Shown here: piece after piece, positions 27,353 through 42,023 of the stretch
Layout of the letters: the number at the start of each line of letters is the position of its first letter
How positions within the stretch are numbered: position 1 is the first letter of the stretch
Assembly: GCA_951406725.2 (NCBI GenBank)
Contig: OX597834.1
Span: 39,494,001 to 39,558,000 of the forward strand
Length of the DNA stretch: 64,000 nucleotides
Direction: 5' to 3'
DNA from: Octopus vulgaris
Lineage: Eukaryota
Made by a program: the position numbers and the translations under genes
The notes under the pieces: generated by a model
Databases searched by the model: none
What the model was told of the DNA's origin: nothing
The model's input: the letters and a program-made list of their open reading frames with translations, nothing else

Positions 27353-28046
27353 AAACACACATATACATATATATATAATACTATACAAATATACCAGAAA
27401 CACTGGGTTAATTACCTTTACAAAGCAGACAAATTTTTCAACAACCAGCCATGGGACTCGAACCCTTATCCCTCAGACTCCGGTAATTTACCCAGTATTT
27501 CTGCTGCTCTAACAGCAACTATGCGTTCGAAAAACTTTCGTATTTGTATCATACAATGCACATTTCGAAGTTGTAGCCTGCTTAGCTTTCATCGGACTGC
27601 GCACGTATATGTTTGTAGCTTGACGTCATTTTTCTCGCCTTCCGACATTTATTCTAAATCCTTTCAAACTTTCTCTCAGGCGTTACTCTCATTACAATGC
27701 GTCTTGGCCTAACGGTTCTTAATGTTTGTCTTCGCCGATTGTTTACTCTGTACAGCCAATCAGTCTTTGTTTGTTCGTTCGAAGCCCTAACTCTCCACAA
27801 ATCTTATATATTTTTAAAATTTCTGGATGCTGCTGTCATATGACGTTTTCCTATCTTGTTGAAAGCTTGAAACAGAGAGTAAGTCCCACTGAGTGGAATT
27901 CCTGGGTGATTGTCTGCTATTGTAGCTTTGGGCCGACCTCAAAATTTCTAAGTAGATTCGGTCGGCGGAAACTGAAAAGAAGCCCGTCATACATTATATA
28001 TATCAGTGAGCTGGCAGAAGCATTAGAGTATCAAAAAAAACTTCTA

Positions 28047-28215
28047 TAGGCGTAGTGTGGTAAGTAGCTTGCTTACCAACCCACATGGTTCTGAGTTCAG
28101 TCCCACTGCGGGGCACCTTCGGCAAGTGTCTTTTACTATAGCTACGAGCCGACCAAAGCTTTGTAAGTGGATTTGGTAGACGGAAGCTGGAAGAAGCCCG
28201 TCGTGTGTGTGTATG

Positions 28216-28247
<32 letters not shown>

Positions 28248-28700
28248 ATGTATATTTTTATGTGTCTGTTTGCCCCCACCATCATTTGACAACCGATGTT
28301 GGTGTGTTTACGTCCCTGTAATCTAGCTGTTCGGCAAAAGAGACCGATAGAATAAGTACTAGGCTTACAAAAAAATAAGCTCTAGGGTTGATTTCGACTT
28401 TGAGGTGCTCCAGTATGGCTGCAGTTAAATCACTGAAACGAGTAAAAGAATGTGTGTGTGTTCATCTTCGTGTGTGTCTTTGTGTTTGTCCCCCACTACC
28501 ACTTGACAACCGGTGTTGGTGTGTTTACGTCCCCGTAACTTAGCAGTTCGGCAAAAGAGACCGATATAATAAGTACTAGGCTTTAAAAAATTTATCAAAA
28601 AAAAAAAAAGAACAAACTAGGGTCGATTCATTCTATTAAAAACTCAAGGTCGTGTGCCCCAGCCTGGCCGCACTCCAATGACCGAAACAAATAAAAGATG
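28047..28700 (+). mobile_element. SINE family B, full length (28047-28449) plus an extra 3' half (~28460-28700)
   Basis: Head, internal microsatellite, tail; second tail follows directly. Confidence 0.85.
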
Positions 28701-29578
28701 AACGATAACAAAGGACACGACTGGAATGCAGCTGAATCGATGGATCCTATCTATTAACGCCAGGTCGACCACGCAAGACTGGCCGGGGGTTAAACAGCAA
28801 CAACAACAGCAACAACAACTACAACAATAACAAACATAGAACAATACTATTTATGTATGAAAACACTCGACGGCCCCATGGTGGTAATTGTCGCTGCTAT
28901 CATTTCCCCCTTTTACCTCGTTCCGTTTGAACCAAGCTCGACTTGGTTTGCTTCAATACACTTCAATGGAAAACTCTTGTCGAGGAATGGTAAAACCCGG
29001 ATTCCATATATGGAGCGAACCCAGTCCGGCGTCCGTGTAATTTCTCCATGGGGCTTCTCCCCCCACCCCCCAACCACTCCTTCTCACACCACCACCACCA
29101 CCACATCTCAGAACTACCATAAAGCATCATAATGGAATTCTTACTCCATCGACTGGAATGGAATTTTCCTTTCCCCACCCCATCAACTCACCTCCCGCCC
29201 CCTTCCCCACCCCACCCCCACTCCACATATCTCCACTGGACTCACCTGCCTGGAAACAACATTATTCTCTGTTGTTGGTGTTGTTGTTGTTGTTATCAGT
29301 ACCAGCGTCGATGCCGTTCTATAATTGTTGATGTTGTTGTTTTTTGTGGTGGTGGTGCTGGTGCAGGTGATAAACGCGTTGTTGTTGTTGCTGCTGTGGT
29401 GGCGGCGGCGGTGGTTGTAGTGGTAGTAGTGGTGTGGTGTTTACAGTAAAGATAGCAGCAGCAGTGGTGGTGGTGGTGGTGAAAGCGATGTAGTGGTGTG
29501 TTTTGTAGTTGTTGTTGTTGCACTCAGCACTTCTGTTCTGCCTGTTGGTACCAATATACACTCATTTCTCTTTACCAG

Positions 29579-29579
<1 letters not shown>

Positions 29580-29633
<54 letters not shown>

Positions 29634-29648
29634 TTGTGTGTATGTATG

Positions 29649-29714
<66 letters not shown>

Positions 29715-30270
29715 TATATGTATGTATGTATATATGTATGTATGTATGTATATATATATATGTATGTATATATATATATGTATGTATATATGTATGTATG
29801 TATATATATATATGTATGTATATATGTATGTATGTATATATATATATGTATGTATATATATATATGTATGTATATATATATATGTATGTATATATATATA
29901 TGTATGTATATATGTATGTATATATATATATGTATGTATATATATATATGTATGTATATATATGTGTGTATATATGTGTGTATGTATATATATGTATGTA
30001 TATATGTATGTGTGTATGTATATATATGTGTGTGTATATATATATATGTGTATGTGTGTATATATATATATGTATGTATGTATATATATATATGTATGTA
30101 TGTATATATGTGTGTATATATATATATGTATGTATGTATATATGTATGTATGTATATATATGTATGTATGTATATATGTATGTATGTATATATATGTATG
30201 TATGTATATATATATATGTATGTATGTATGTATGTATATATGTATGTATATATATATGTATGTACGTATA
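29580..30270. repeat. (TA)/(TATG) compound microsatellite
   Basis: Directly visible. Confidence 0.95.
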
Positions 30271-30309
30271 TATTATTAAATTAATATCAATTTTTCACCC
30301 TCATTTATA

Positions 30310-30387
<78 letters not shown>

Positions 30388-30490
30388 ATAATATATATAT
30401 ATATATATATGGAAACAAATACATAGTATATTTGTACATACATGCATATATCCACATACATATAAAACACATACATTTATATGTATTAAA

Positions 30491-30883
30491 TCTATAAACA
30501 TAAAGCTGACGTCTGTGCGTGTGTGGCAGGTTTGGTAGCCTTCAACTAACCCTATCTTCTCCGAGACCCTGCGGCTCAAGTTGACCAAAATTGAGAGTAT
30601 GATAGAAGAAGGCTTGCTCTTCCTTCCGTAGAAGATGAAATTTAAATCGGACCATGTTAACACCAAAAATTACTTACATCAAAAAGGTGCTTTTTTTTTC
30701 TATGAAAATCCCTATTTTCTACGATTTTTTGACTGCTGTGTCGCCATTTTTCGGTGTATTTCAACCAGAAAAATGTTCACCCAAAGAGAATAACAAGCTA
30801 CATAATGCAAAATTTTTGCTTTTCAAAAATTACAATTCTAAAGGGTCGAAACAAACCCGAGCAACGCCGGGCGATACTGCTAG
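30491..30883 (+). mobile_element. Non-autonomous Helitron
   Basis: 5' A|TCTATAAACATAAAGC; 3' hairpin cccgagcaacgccggg (30856-30871) then CTAG|T; no TSD. Confidence 0.75.
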
Positions 30884-31029
30884 TTTAGTTTAAAAGCAAA
30901 AAAGGTTCATAAAATTTTTCTGTTGATTAGATTAAACGACATTGACTTGGATGGGATAAGAATTACATTGACAGAAATTAATTACAGACAGCCATGTATA
31001 TACATGCATACATAATTCTACGTACATAG

Positions 31030-31405
31030 GCATACATGTCTACATACATGCATACATATCTACATACAGACATACTTACGTACATACAAACATACGTATG
31101 TACAAACATACAGACAGACAGACATACGTATGTACGTACGTACACAGATAGACATACGTACAGACACAGACGTACGTACAGACATACGTACTACAAACAT
31201 GCATACAGGCGTACATGCGTACGTACATACAAACATGCATACAGATGTATGTACGTTCGTACGCACATACAAACATACATACAGACGTACGTAAGTACGT
31301 ACCACAAACATGCATACAGACGTACGTACAAACATGCCATCAAATGTACGTACGTACAAACATGCATACAGACGTACGTCCGTACAAACGTATCTATGTA
31401 CATGC
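31030..31405. repeat. Higher-order repeat derived from CATA/CGTA (gtacgtacaaacatgcatacagac-like)
   Basis: caaacatgcatacag recurs several times. Confidence 0.7.
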
Positions 31406-31559
31406 ACCATTTCGACTTCATATTCATTAACACCAGGAACTCACCTCAAAAGTGTTGTTTGAGATCTCTCAAGAATAACTTAAAAACTCACAAGTCGTAC
31501 ACACACAACAGTCACTCACTTTCACATACACACGTACAGATATACACATGCATAAATTA

Positions 31560-32100
31560 CATGTATATATGTTTAAATACATACATATATATATGTAATA
31601 TATATACATATATATAATATATACACATATATATAATATATATACATATATAATATATATATACATTATATATAATATATATATATATGTACGTATATAT
31701 GTATAATATATATGTATATATAATATATATACATGTATATATAATATATATATATATACATATATATATAATATATATATATATTATATATACATATATA
31801 TATTATATATACATGTATATATTATATATACATGTATATATTATATATACATGTATATATTATATATACATGTATATATAATATATATATATTATATATA
31901 CATATATATATTATATATACATGTATATATATTATATATACATATATATTATACATATATACGTACATATATATATATATATATATTATATATACATGTA
32001 TATATGTTATATATACATATATATTATACATATAACCATACATATATACGTACATACATATACATACACACATGCACATACATACATATATATATATAAT
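31560..32100. repeat. AT-rich minisatellite (~19-21 bp, tatattatatatacatgta)
   Basis: Directly visible. Confidence 0.8.
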
Positions 32101-32821
32101 GTGTGTGTGTGTGTATGTATATAACTAACAAATAACGACAGATGGATAGTGGTTCACTCACTGGTATATACAAATGTATATTTACGTAGATGTATATGCA
32201 CACATAATTATGGTGCGTGTGTGTCTGTATGTTAGTATGGGTGTATATGGATTCGTTCGACCCAAACCCCTGGCGGTAGTACCCCATAATGGCCGCAGTC
32301 TCAAGATTGAAACAAGTAAAAAAAAAAAAAGATTTAAAAAACTGATACGCACACACACACACACAGTCAAACAAAGTCACTCACACACACACATATATAC
32401 ACACTCCCAAACCTCCACGCATCCACGCAATATGACGACCAGGCTTGTGGTTGAGTTTTAATGAAATAAAGTTAAGCTATGAATAAATAAGATCAACAAC
32501 AAAACAACGCCATTAGCTCAAACAACAACAACAACAACAACATCAATAACAACAACAACACCGACAACAACAACCATAACTGCAATATCAACACCATTAA
32601 CTCAAAGAGAAGCTGGACGAGAAAAGAAGAAAAAAAACTAAACAGCTGGAGTGAAAGAAATAAATACGACATTTGATTGGTTAATCAGTGCGAATACGTC
32701 ACGCCTTTCTCCCGCCTACAATTTTTTTATTTCGGCACTTTCTTAATACACAGACACATTAAAATATATCTACATACATATATATATGTATATATGTATT
32801 AAAATATATGAATATGTATGC

Positions 32822-32880
<59 letters not shown>

Positions 32881-33221
32881 GGACGAAACGGTATTTATCC
32901 AAACGTGACGAAGTTGAAAATGGACAGAAAACATATAAAGGTTTATTTCAGCTTTAAAATATATATATATATATACATACATACATACATACACATACTC
33001 TTAACCGGTTTCATATTTAATTTTCAAAACTGTTTTATGTGGAGCTTGTGTCTCAAATTCTGTCTTTTATAACCGTTGATCTAAAAATCTACCTTGGTAT
33101 TCTAACTATCCGTCTGTCTCTATATCTGTCTATCTGTTTGTCTATCTTTTCTATCTATAGTTAGATATTCATATATATATAAATATACAGACATATATTC
33201 TATCTCTTTCTTTAGACTGTG

Positions 33222-33261
<40 letters not shown>

Positions 33262-34081
33262 CATTTTCTCCGCCGCTGTCTCCTCGTGTTTTTCTCTGAA
33301 GTTTTTTTTTTTTTTTTAAATCAAATACATTTTCTCTCCTTTTTTTCTTCACGGCATTGGGGGATGTTTGTGCTGGGTGTAGATAGATATACGGCTGTCC
33401 ATAGCCGTATTGTCTATATACTGCTGTCCATATATGTGCATGTGTATAAGTGAATGTACATACGTGTTTTGTAAGTAATGCGTGAACTATGCGTACAATC
33501 GCTTGTGTATAAATACACGTCTGTGTGTATATATGTGTTGTCTAATGATTTGTGCATCTGTGTATGTACGTAAATATATCTATCCGAGTGCGTGTATATA
33601 TAAATGTGTGTGTGAATTTCAATTATATATTTCTATATTTTTCAATACACTCTACATCCAAAATTATTTAGCCGCCATCATCATCGTCATTATCATCATC
33701 GTCATCGTCATCATCATCGTCATCGTCATCATCATCGTCATCGTCATCGTCATCGTCATCATCATCGTCATCATCATCATCGTCATCATCATCATCATCG
33801 ACTTCATCATCGTTGTTGTCACCGCTTTTTCTTTTCGGGGTGAATGTCTTTTTTTCGGAGGTGGGTAGGTGGGGGTGTCTTTAAAACCATTTATTCTAAT
33901 GAGATTTTTGATTGACGTCCTCCACCGCCTCTAACCCACCTCTCACCACCACCCACCCCAGGTCAACCCCCCCTCCTCGCCGCCCTCCCACCTACCGGCA
34001 ATTGTTACAGTTTTCTCTTTTTAATGGAAATATTAAAATGGGAAGAAAGTTAACACACACACGCACACAAGAAGGAACATG

Positions 34082-34134
<53 letters not shown>

Positions 34135-34789
34135 ATGCGCGCACTTATACACGGACTCATACACAAACACACACACACACACACATACTGACGGACTGGA
34201 TGCTGCGCGCGCAGAAATTAACGAAGTGATACAAGCGCGCGCACACACACGCACACACGTTTATACGCGCACGCATGCATGCACGCACACACACATTTAT
34301 GCATACATTCACACACGCACATGCATTCACGCACGCACATGCATTCATTCATACACACATACATAGATACACACACACATGCATTCACACACACGCACAT
34401 ACATTCATTCACACACACACATGAATTCATTCACACACACATGCATACATTCACACATACACACACACACACACACATGCATTCATTCACACGCACATGC
34501 ATTCACTCATACACACACACACATTCATTCATTCACACACAAATGGAAAAAAAGAAAAAGAAACTAAAAAAAGTAGCAGTGGTGGTAGTAGTAGTAGTAG
34601 TTCTTTCAAACTCTGACACAAGGCCAGTAATTTTAGGGTTGACGGTAAGTCGTTTGCCTCGACCCCAGTGCTCAACGGGTACTTTATTTTGTCGACCCCT
34701 TAAGCGATATAGAGCAAAGTTGACCTCGGCGGGATTTGAACTCAGAACGTAAAGAGCCGGAAAACAAGCAGCTCAGCGTTTTGTATTGA

Positions 34790-35037
34790 TAAAACGGATA
34801 AAGATTCTTCTTGGGTCTCATAAAAGACCGGTTTTTCCGAATTCTGGGGCGTATAAATTCCACCACCCCCACCTGGACGGAAAGCCGCTCCCTCACAGGA
34901 TTAGTTATTTTTGGCCAGCTGGAGTAAACTTGAAATGAGGTGATTTGCTCGAGAACACAACGCGTTGCCCGGTCTAGGGATTGAAACCGCAATCAAATGA
35001 TCATGACTCCGACGTCCTTACCGCAAAGCCACGCGCC
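34790..35037 (-). mobile_element. SINE with family-C head and family-D-type tail
   Basis: Matches 54325-54538. Confidence 0.65.
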
Positions 35038-35729
35038 TACGATTCGACCAGTCCGCTGCCTTTATAATCCTTTCTTTATTAACGAACAAGGCCTAACTAA
35101 AAATATCGAGAACTTCACAGGACTAGACAAGGTGGAATTACTTAAAAAGCGTGTAAACAAAGTAAAAATAATAAATAAATAAATAAATAAATAATTGAAA
35201 CGAAGAATAATTCTCAAAAGAGGTGACCTCTGGGGGCCCCTCGTAGAAACCCCAGAAAACCATGGTTGCTCTGATAACGGAAGCAAGTGCCTTGTCTAGT
35301 TTACAGGCACGTGCTCAGCGCAGGTCCGCTCACACGAACCATCGTCTCCACTCTCATCCACCTTTCAACATATTTTCCTGGAAACCAGCATTTTCCTCTC
35401 CTCTTTCATATTTCTTTTGATGTGAAACCCGAAAAAAACAAAATTGAGTTTTTGGCCCAAGAGGTAACTCTGTTTTCAGCCCATTCAGTCTGGTCCTGTG
35501 GACACAAACACTTTCTCTAAAACCACCAGACAAATTAAATCTTCCTGCCTTTATCAACCTAATGAAAATGGAAGGACAATTTTCACAATATTCTCAGCTG
35601 AGAGCTGGATCTTCTTTTCTTAATGCCTTTAACCCTCCAACGCGGAGTATAGGCCACTTATAGTTGAATTCCATGTCGCATAAATTTTCGCTTCTGTACT
35701 TATACTCTGCCATGAACGTCCCCCTTTCT

Positions 35730-35992
35730 CTAATTCCGCCACGAGGTCTTAGGCCTACCTCTCCTTCTATATCCATCCGGTTTCCACTTTAAAGCACTTT
35801 TCGCTACATTTGGTGTGTCTTTTCTAATTGTGCTACCAATCCACTTCCACTTTTTCTTAAATATTTGCTCCCTAATCGAAACTTGATTTGTTCTTTACCA
35901 TAGCTCCAATATTGCTTATGTGTTGGGGCCATCTAATTTTAAGTATTCTACGCAAGCATCTGTTGATGAATGATTGTATTTGCTTGATCTGT
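35730..35992 (-). pseudogene. RTE-clade LINE ORF C-terminal fragment
   Basis: QIQSFINRCLRRILKIRWPQHISN / ELW*RTNQVSIREQIFKKKWKWIGSTIRKDTPNVAKSALKWKPDGYRRRGRPKTSWR; one frameshift, one stop. Confidence 0.85.
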
Positions 35993-36096
35993 ATTTTCTA
36001 TATTTTTGAAACACTGTATGCCAATTAACCAAGGTACACGTAACTACACAGGTGCTGTTGGTGATATTTTTACTTCACTGGACTTTTCTGTTTTCC

Positions 36097-36129
36097 TTTC
36101 CGACAAAGAGCTACGCTCGAAACATCAAA
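36097..36129 (+). ncRNA. Degenerate hammerhead motif
   Basis: UUU-CCGACAA-A-GAGC-UAC-GCUC-GAAA-CAUC-AAA; core mutated; downstream resembles the reverse complement of ~20390-20480. Confidence 0.45.
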
Positions 36130-36310
36130 ATCTCTCTCTTTTTACCGAGCGTCAAACTAATACATTCCACGTGCAAGTCCTCTTGGTGTTTTGTTATTTT
36201 TAATGTTCGATTATTCGATTTAACTATTTAACTACAAAATATTTCACGGTATATCCGGATTTCTGGAAATTCCGAATTTTAGGAAGCCGGATAAAAGGTT
36301 CCGTACTGTA

Positions 36311-36718
36311 CTCTTTTACTTGTTTCAGTCATGTGACTGTGGCCAAACTAGAGCACCGCCTTTAGTCGAGCAAATCGACCCCGGGACTTATTCTTTGTAA
36401 GCCTAGTACTTATTCTATCGGTCTCTTTTGCCGAACCGCTAGATTACGGGGACGTAGACACACCAGCATCGGTTGTCAAGCGATATTGGAGAGACAGACA
36501 CACAAACATATGCACACACAAACACACACACACACACACACACACACATACTCACACACACACATACATATATATACATATATACGAAGGGCTTCTTTCA
36601 GTTTCCGTCTATCAAATCCACTCACAAGGCTGTGATCGGCCCGAGGCTATAGTAGATGACACTTGGCCCAAGGTGCCACGCAGTGGGACTGAACCCGGAA
36701 CTATGTGGTTCGTAAGCA
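36311..36718 (-). mobile_element. SINE family B
   Basis: Near-full length with internal (CA)n. Confidence 0.9.
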
Positions 36719-37867
36719 ATGCACTGTATTCTGTTTCGTTAAGTAGGTGATTGTTCCGGTTCGTGGAAAAATTTCCTGATATGACACCGATCCGAGGGGC
36801 AAAAAATGGCTGGGGCCCGCTGCTGTAAAGTACCATAGAACGATGCGGAGTGCCGTGATGTGACATAGAACCCTATGCAGGGTGCCATAGAACATCATAG
36901 AGTGGTATAGAACAGCATAGACTGACATAGAATGGCATAGAGCATCGTGGAGTGTATGGAGAAGAGTGAAGTTGCCTGGGGGAGTGCAGAATGGTGCGAA
37001 GTGACGTGGAAATAGTGTAGACCGGAGTGCCATGGTAAGAGTGGCCCCAGGATGGAATATAGGGAATGGCACGGAGAAGCGTTTAAAGGGAAGTAACGGG
37101 AAGTGGATTTAAGTGATGGAGAGGTGGTGGTGGTGGAGAAGAAGGGTTGAGGTCGGCGTAAACCGGGATGGTGGCGGTGGCGGTGCGGTGCGGTGCATTA
37201 TAAGATGGTGGTGGAGAGTTGTGGTGGGTGAATAGAGGAATAAATGGAAGTTGGGTGTGGGGGGCTTTCCTTGTACGACAGTGTTGTTTGACCAGAATTG
37301 ATAGTGGTGGTGGTGGTGGAGCGGGTAGTGGTGGTGGTGGTGAAGTTGGTGGTGGTGCTGGTGGAGATGGATAGAGTGGGTAGGAGAGCATAAATGACTG
37401 GTTGGGTGGGAAGGTGGTAGGGGTGAGTTGCGGGTGTGGGTGGGATGCGGGGAGAGAAATAGGTTGGTTATCGAATGTTTGAAAGAAATATAAAACAAAA
37501 AAAAAAGATAAAATATATAAAAAAAAAACAAAAAACAACAACACTTTGGGTAGTAAATTGAATTGCGAATATTGTGAGGGGGTGGGGACGTTTGGTGACT
37601 GGGGTAGGGCAGGGTGGCAATAACTGGATGGAACAGCAGCTTTGCCATCAATTAATAGCCCACCTCCTTGGTTTTGTTTAAATATTGTCGTTGTTGTTGC
37701 TGTTCGGCTTTCATGTTCTTTCCCCACACACCCCCGTGTGTGTGTGTGTGTGAGTGTGTGTGTGTATGTGTGTGCGTGTGTGTGTGTGGAGAGAGAGAGA
37801 GAGATTTTAATTTTCACGTTGTTATGGTTTGTTATAAACCCGCGATGACAATGACGACGCATACATA

Positions 37868-37904
<37 letters not shown>

Positions 37905-37999
37905 ACGTACAAAGATATGTGTGTGTGTGTGTGGTCGCGTGTGTGTATGTGTATGTATATATATACACACACACATATATACATATACACACACATATA

Positions 38000-38420
38000 G
38001 GTGCACGTGGGCTGTGTGGTAAGAAGTTTGCTTCCCATCGACATGGATTCGGGTTCAGTCCCACTGCGTGGCACCTTAAGCAAGTGTCTTCTCCTAGTAG
38101 CCTCGCCGTCGTCGTTTAACGTCCGCTTTCCATGTTGGCATGGGTTGGACGGTTTGACTGAGGTCTGGCTAACCAGGAGGCTGCACCAGGCTCCAACCTG
38201 ATGTGGCAATATTTCTACAGCTGGATGCCCTTCCTAACGCCAACCACTCCGAGAGTGCAGTGGGTGCTCTTTACGTGCCATCGGCACGGGAGCCCAGTTG
38301 GGCGGCACTGGCAACGACCGCGCTCGAGCGTTGCTATTTACGTGCCACCGGCACGGGAGCCAGTTGGGCGGCACTGGCAACGACCGCGCTCGAATGGTAC
38401 TTTTTACGTGCCACAAGCAC
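38000..38420. mobile_element. SINE B head (+, ~38000-38105) fused to an inverted family-E repeat (-, ~38105-38420)
   Basis: Family E ggcacgtaaa subrepeats and tail match 63100-63470. Confidence 0.7.
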
Positions 38421-38589
38421 GTGTGTATATTTAATATTTGGGGATTAATGTGTTGAAGTGTTGAGCAAAGCAGTGGCACAATTTGGGCTACCTGGTGTCA
38501 TCCACAGTCGAGATGTTTCCATTGGATTTTACTTCAGGAATTCCGCAGAATTAGTTGAAATAATGATAATTGCTGAAGTAACGAGAAGA

Positions 38590-39069
38590 TGGCAGAAACG
38601 TTTGCAGGCCGGGCGAAATGCTTAGCGGTATTTCGTCTGAGTTCAAATTCCGCCGAGGTCGACTTTGCCTTTCATCCTTTCGGGGTCGATTAAATAAGTA
38701 CCAGTTACGAACTGGGGTCGATTAAATAAGTACCAGTTACGAACTGGGGTCGATATAATTGATTTGATCCGTTTGTCTGTCCTTGTTTGTCCCCTTTATG
38801 TTTTTAGCCCCTTGTGGGCAGTAAAGAAATGGGTATTCCGACTGCTGCTATTTCAGTCATTAGACTACGGCCATGCTGGGGACAAATAAGGACAGACAAA
38901 CGAATTAAGTCGATTACATCGACCCCAGTGCGTAACTGGTACTTAATTTATCGACCCCGAAAGGATGAAAGGCAAATTCGATCTCGGCGGAATTTGAACC
39001 TCAGGACGTAACGGCAGACGAAATACCGCTAAGCATTTCGCCCGGCGTGCTAACGATTCTGCCAGCTCG
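38590..39069. mobile_element. Inverted pair of SINE A copies (+ 38590-38830; - 38880-39069)
   Basis: Core motif present in both orientations. Confidence 0.85.
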
Positions 39070-40437
39070 CTACCACCTTTCTTTTTAAATAAATCTGTGT
39101 GAGTGATGTGGTTGCGTGGTAGGAAATTTGCTATCCAAGCACCTAGTTCCGGGTTCAATTCCAACAGCATATCACCTTGGGCAAGTGTCTTCTACTATAA
39201 CCCTGGGCAGACCAAATGTAATTGTGCATGTTCGTGTGTATGGATCTGTTGTGCGTTTCTTCCACACGACCGCTTGACAACCGGTGTTGGCTCGTTGTCG
39301 GTTCGTAACTTAGCTGTTCGGCAATGAGGAACTGATAGAATAAGTGCCAGGTTTGGACTCGATTCGTTCAACTAAGCTGTGTTCCAGTATGGCCGCACTC
39401 TTATGACTGAAACAGAAAGAGAGAGACGGGGAAGAGGTGGGAGAGAGTCAGACAGACAGACAGAGGTAGATACACACACATATGCATATCTATCGATCTA
39501 TCGATCTCTGTTTGACCCTTTCACGCTATGTGTGTGTGTTTGTGTGTGTGCTCTTGTTTCAGTCATTTGACTGAGGCCATGCTGGAGCACCACCTTTAGT
39601 CGAACAGATAGCCAGCCGCCAGGACTTATTCTTTGTAAGCCTAGTACTTATTTTATCGGTCCCTTTTGCCGAACCGGTATGTTACGGGGAACGTAAACGC
39701 ACCAACATCGGTCGTCGAGCGGTGGTGGCGGGGAGGAGGGAACACATACACACTCACAAATGTATACATATAGGTATATATATATATACACACATAAAGA
39801 CAGACAGACAGACAGAACTATAAGTCCAACACATCTTTAAAGAAAAAAAGCTTTTCCCTGGAATGACCACCAAATTACACACACACACACACACCACCAC
39901 CACCACGATCCCCACCTCCACCACAATTTCAACAACCACCCCCTCCTCCGCCTTCACTCTCTGTATTGTTGTTACTTGACATAATGCAACATTATTCCCA
40001 ATATGTTTTGTTCCCCCCACCCCTGTTCCTATCCCCTGCAATAGGGTCCAGTAATAAAGAACCCACGCCCCGACATCTCCCGGGGCCCAGCTACAGTCCA
40101 TTATCCGTCCTCCACCCCCACCCCCCACCGCCGCCGCTCTCCTCCCTATCATCATTAATCTAACGACAGCTTGTCTCTTGTTTATTATGTAAATATGATG
40201 ACGTCATTAACTATACTAACCTCTTTTTCTCCCTCCCTCCCTCCCTCTCTCTCTCTATCTCTCGCTTTCTCTCTCTCTCTCTCCCGAAAACTACCTCCCC
40301 TTCTCTCTGTTTTATATTCACGTTTGCACACACTCCCTTCCTCTCAGACTCCCTTTCTGTCACTTTCACACACCAAACCCCACTCCCACTCACACCCACA
40401 CTCGTACAGTTATACACACATACGTATATATACATAC

Positions 40438-40491
<54 letters not shown>

Positions 40492-41313
40492 TATCTTTCT
40501 TTAATCACTTTCTTTCTCTTTCTCTCTCACCAATGCTCCGCCCACTCTCTCTCTTTCTCTCCCATTCTATCTCTTTCATTCACACATACGCATACACACG
40601 CACACACAAACACACACACACACACATATATATATATATCACATCTTTCTTTCTCTTTCGTCCTCCTCCCTTTCTGTCACTTTTCCTTTCCTCTCTATCG
40701 CTCCTCCCACTAATCTCATAACACCCTCCTACTTCCTCACATTCTTTACATTTACAGTATTTTTTACTATCAATGCCTCTTCCCGCCACTCTTCTCCCCC
40801 TCCCCCCACAATCACCACCACCACCACCACTGCCCCCTATCCTTATTTACTTCCTCCTCTCACCACCACCACTACCACCACCACCACCGGATATAGCTCC
40901 TCCCCTCCTTCCATCGTTTTTCTAGCCTACTCCCACTTCCTTAAACAACTCCACCTCCCACCCTTTTTTTTCTCCTAATATCCCATCTTACCCCGGGAGC
41001 CCCTCCTCTCCTTAAATCTATCCGCCTGTCCGTGATGACCCGGGGTTCCGGGATCACGTGCACTCCCGCCCGTCCGGACGATCGCGTGTCTACCCCCACC
41101 CCCATTCCGCTCACCCCCACCCCCCATCACGTCTCTACCGTCATCGACTGTTGTTGGCGGCGGCGGTGGTGGTGGTGACGGTGCTCCAATCATTACAACA
41201 ACCCGCCACTTAGCAAGTCATCAGCGATCTGTCTGTATGTCTGTCCGTTCGTCCGTCCACCCGCCCACCCGCCCGTCCATCCGTCCGCGTGTCTGTCTGT
41301 CCCTCTCCCTCCC

Positions 41314-41346
<33 letters not shown>

Positions 41347-41669
41347 TGTATATATATATATATAATATATATATATATGTATGTATGTATGTATGTATAT
41401 ATATATATACATATATATATATATGTGTGTGTATATATAATGTGTGTGTGTACATATCTATATATACGTCTGTGTAGGTATATAAATGTGTGTGTATGTG
41501 TAAACATAGTGATTTTTTTTATTACATTTTTATGAACAAATCTGCTGTGTTAGGCCTTCTGCATGAATAATGTGAGTGCATGTGTGTGTGTGTATATATA
41601 TATAATATACACACACGCACAATGTATATGGGTGCATGGATGTTATTTATATATGTAAGTATATATAAA

Positions 41670-42023
41670 CGCAGGCGTAGCTGTGTGGTAAGAAGTTTGC
41701 TTACCAACCACATGGTTCCGGGTTCAGTCCCACTGCATGACAACTTGGGCAAGTGTCTTCTATAGCCCCCAGGACGACCAAAGCCTTGTCAGTGAATTTG
41801 GTAGACGGAAACTGACAGAAGACAGTCATAAATATATATTTATATATATTTATGTGTGTGCGTGTATTTTTGTCTGTGTTTTCCCCTTATCACCGCTTGA
41901 GAACCGGTGTTGGTGTGCTTACGTCCCCGTAACTTAGGGGTTTGAATTGTTCCACTAAAACTCCTCAAGGCGGTTCTCCATCATGGCCACAGTCACATGA
42001 CTGAAACGAAAAAGAATAAAAGA
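41670..42023 (+). mobile_element. SINE family B
   Basis: Head, internal microsatellite, tail. Confidence 0.85.
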
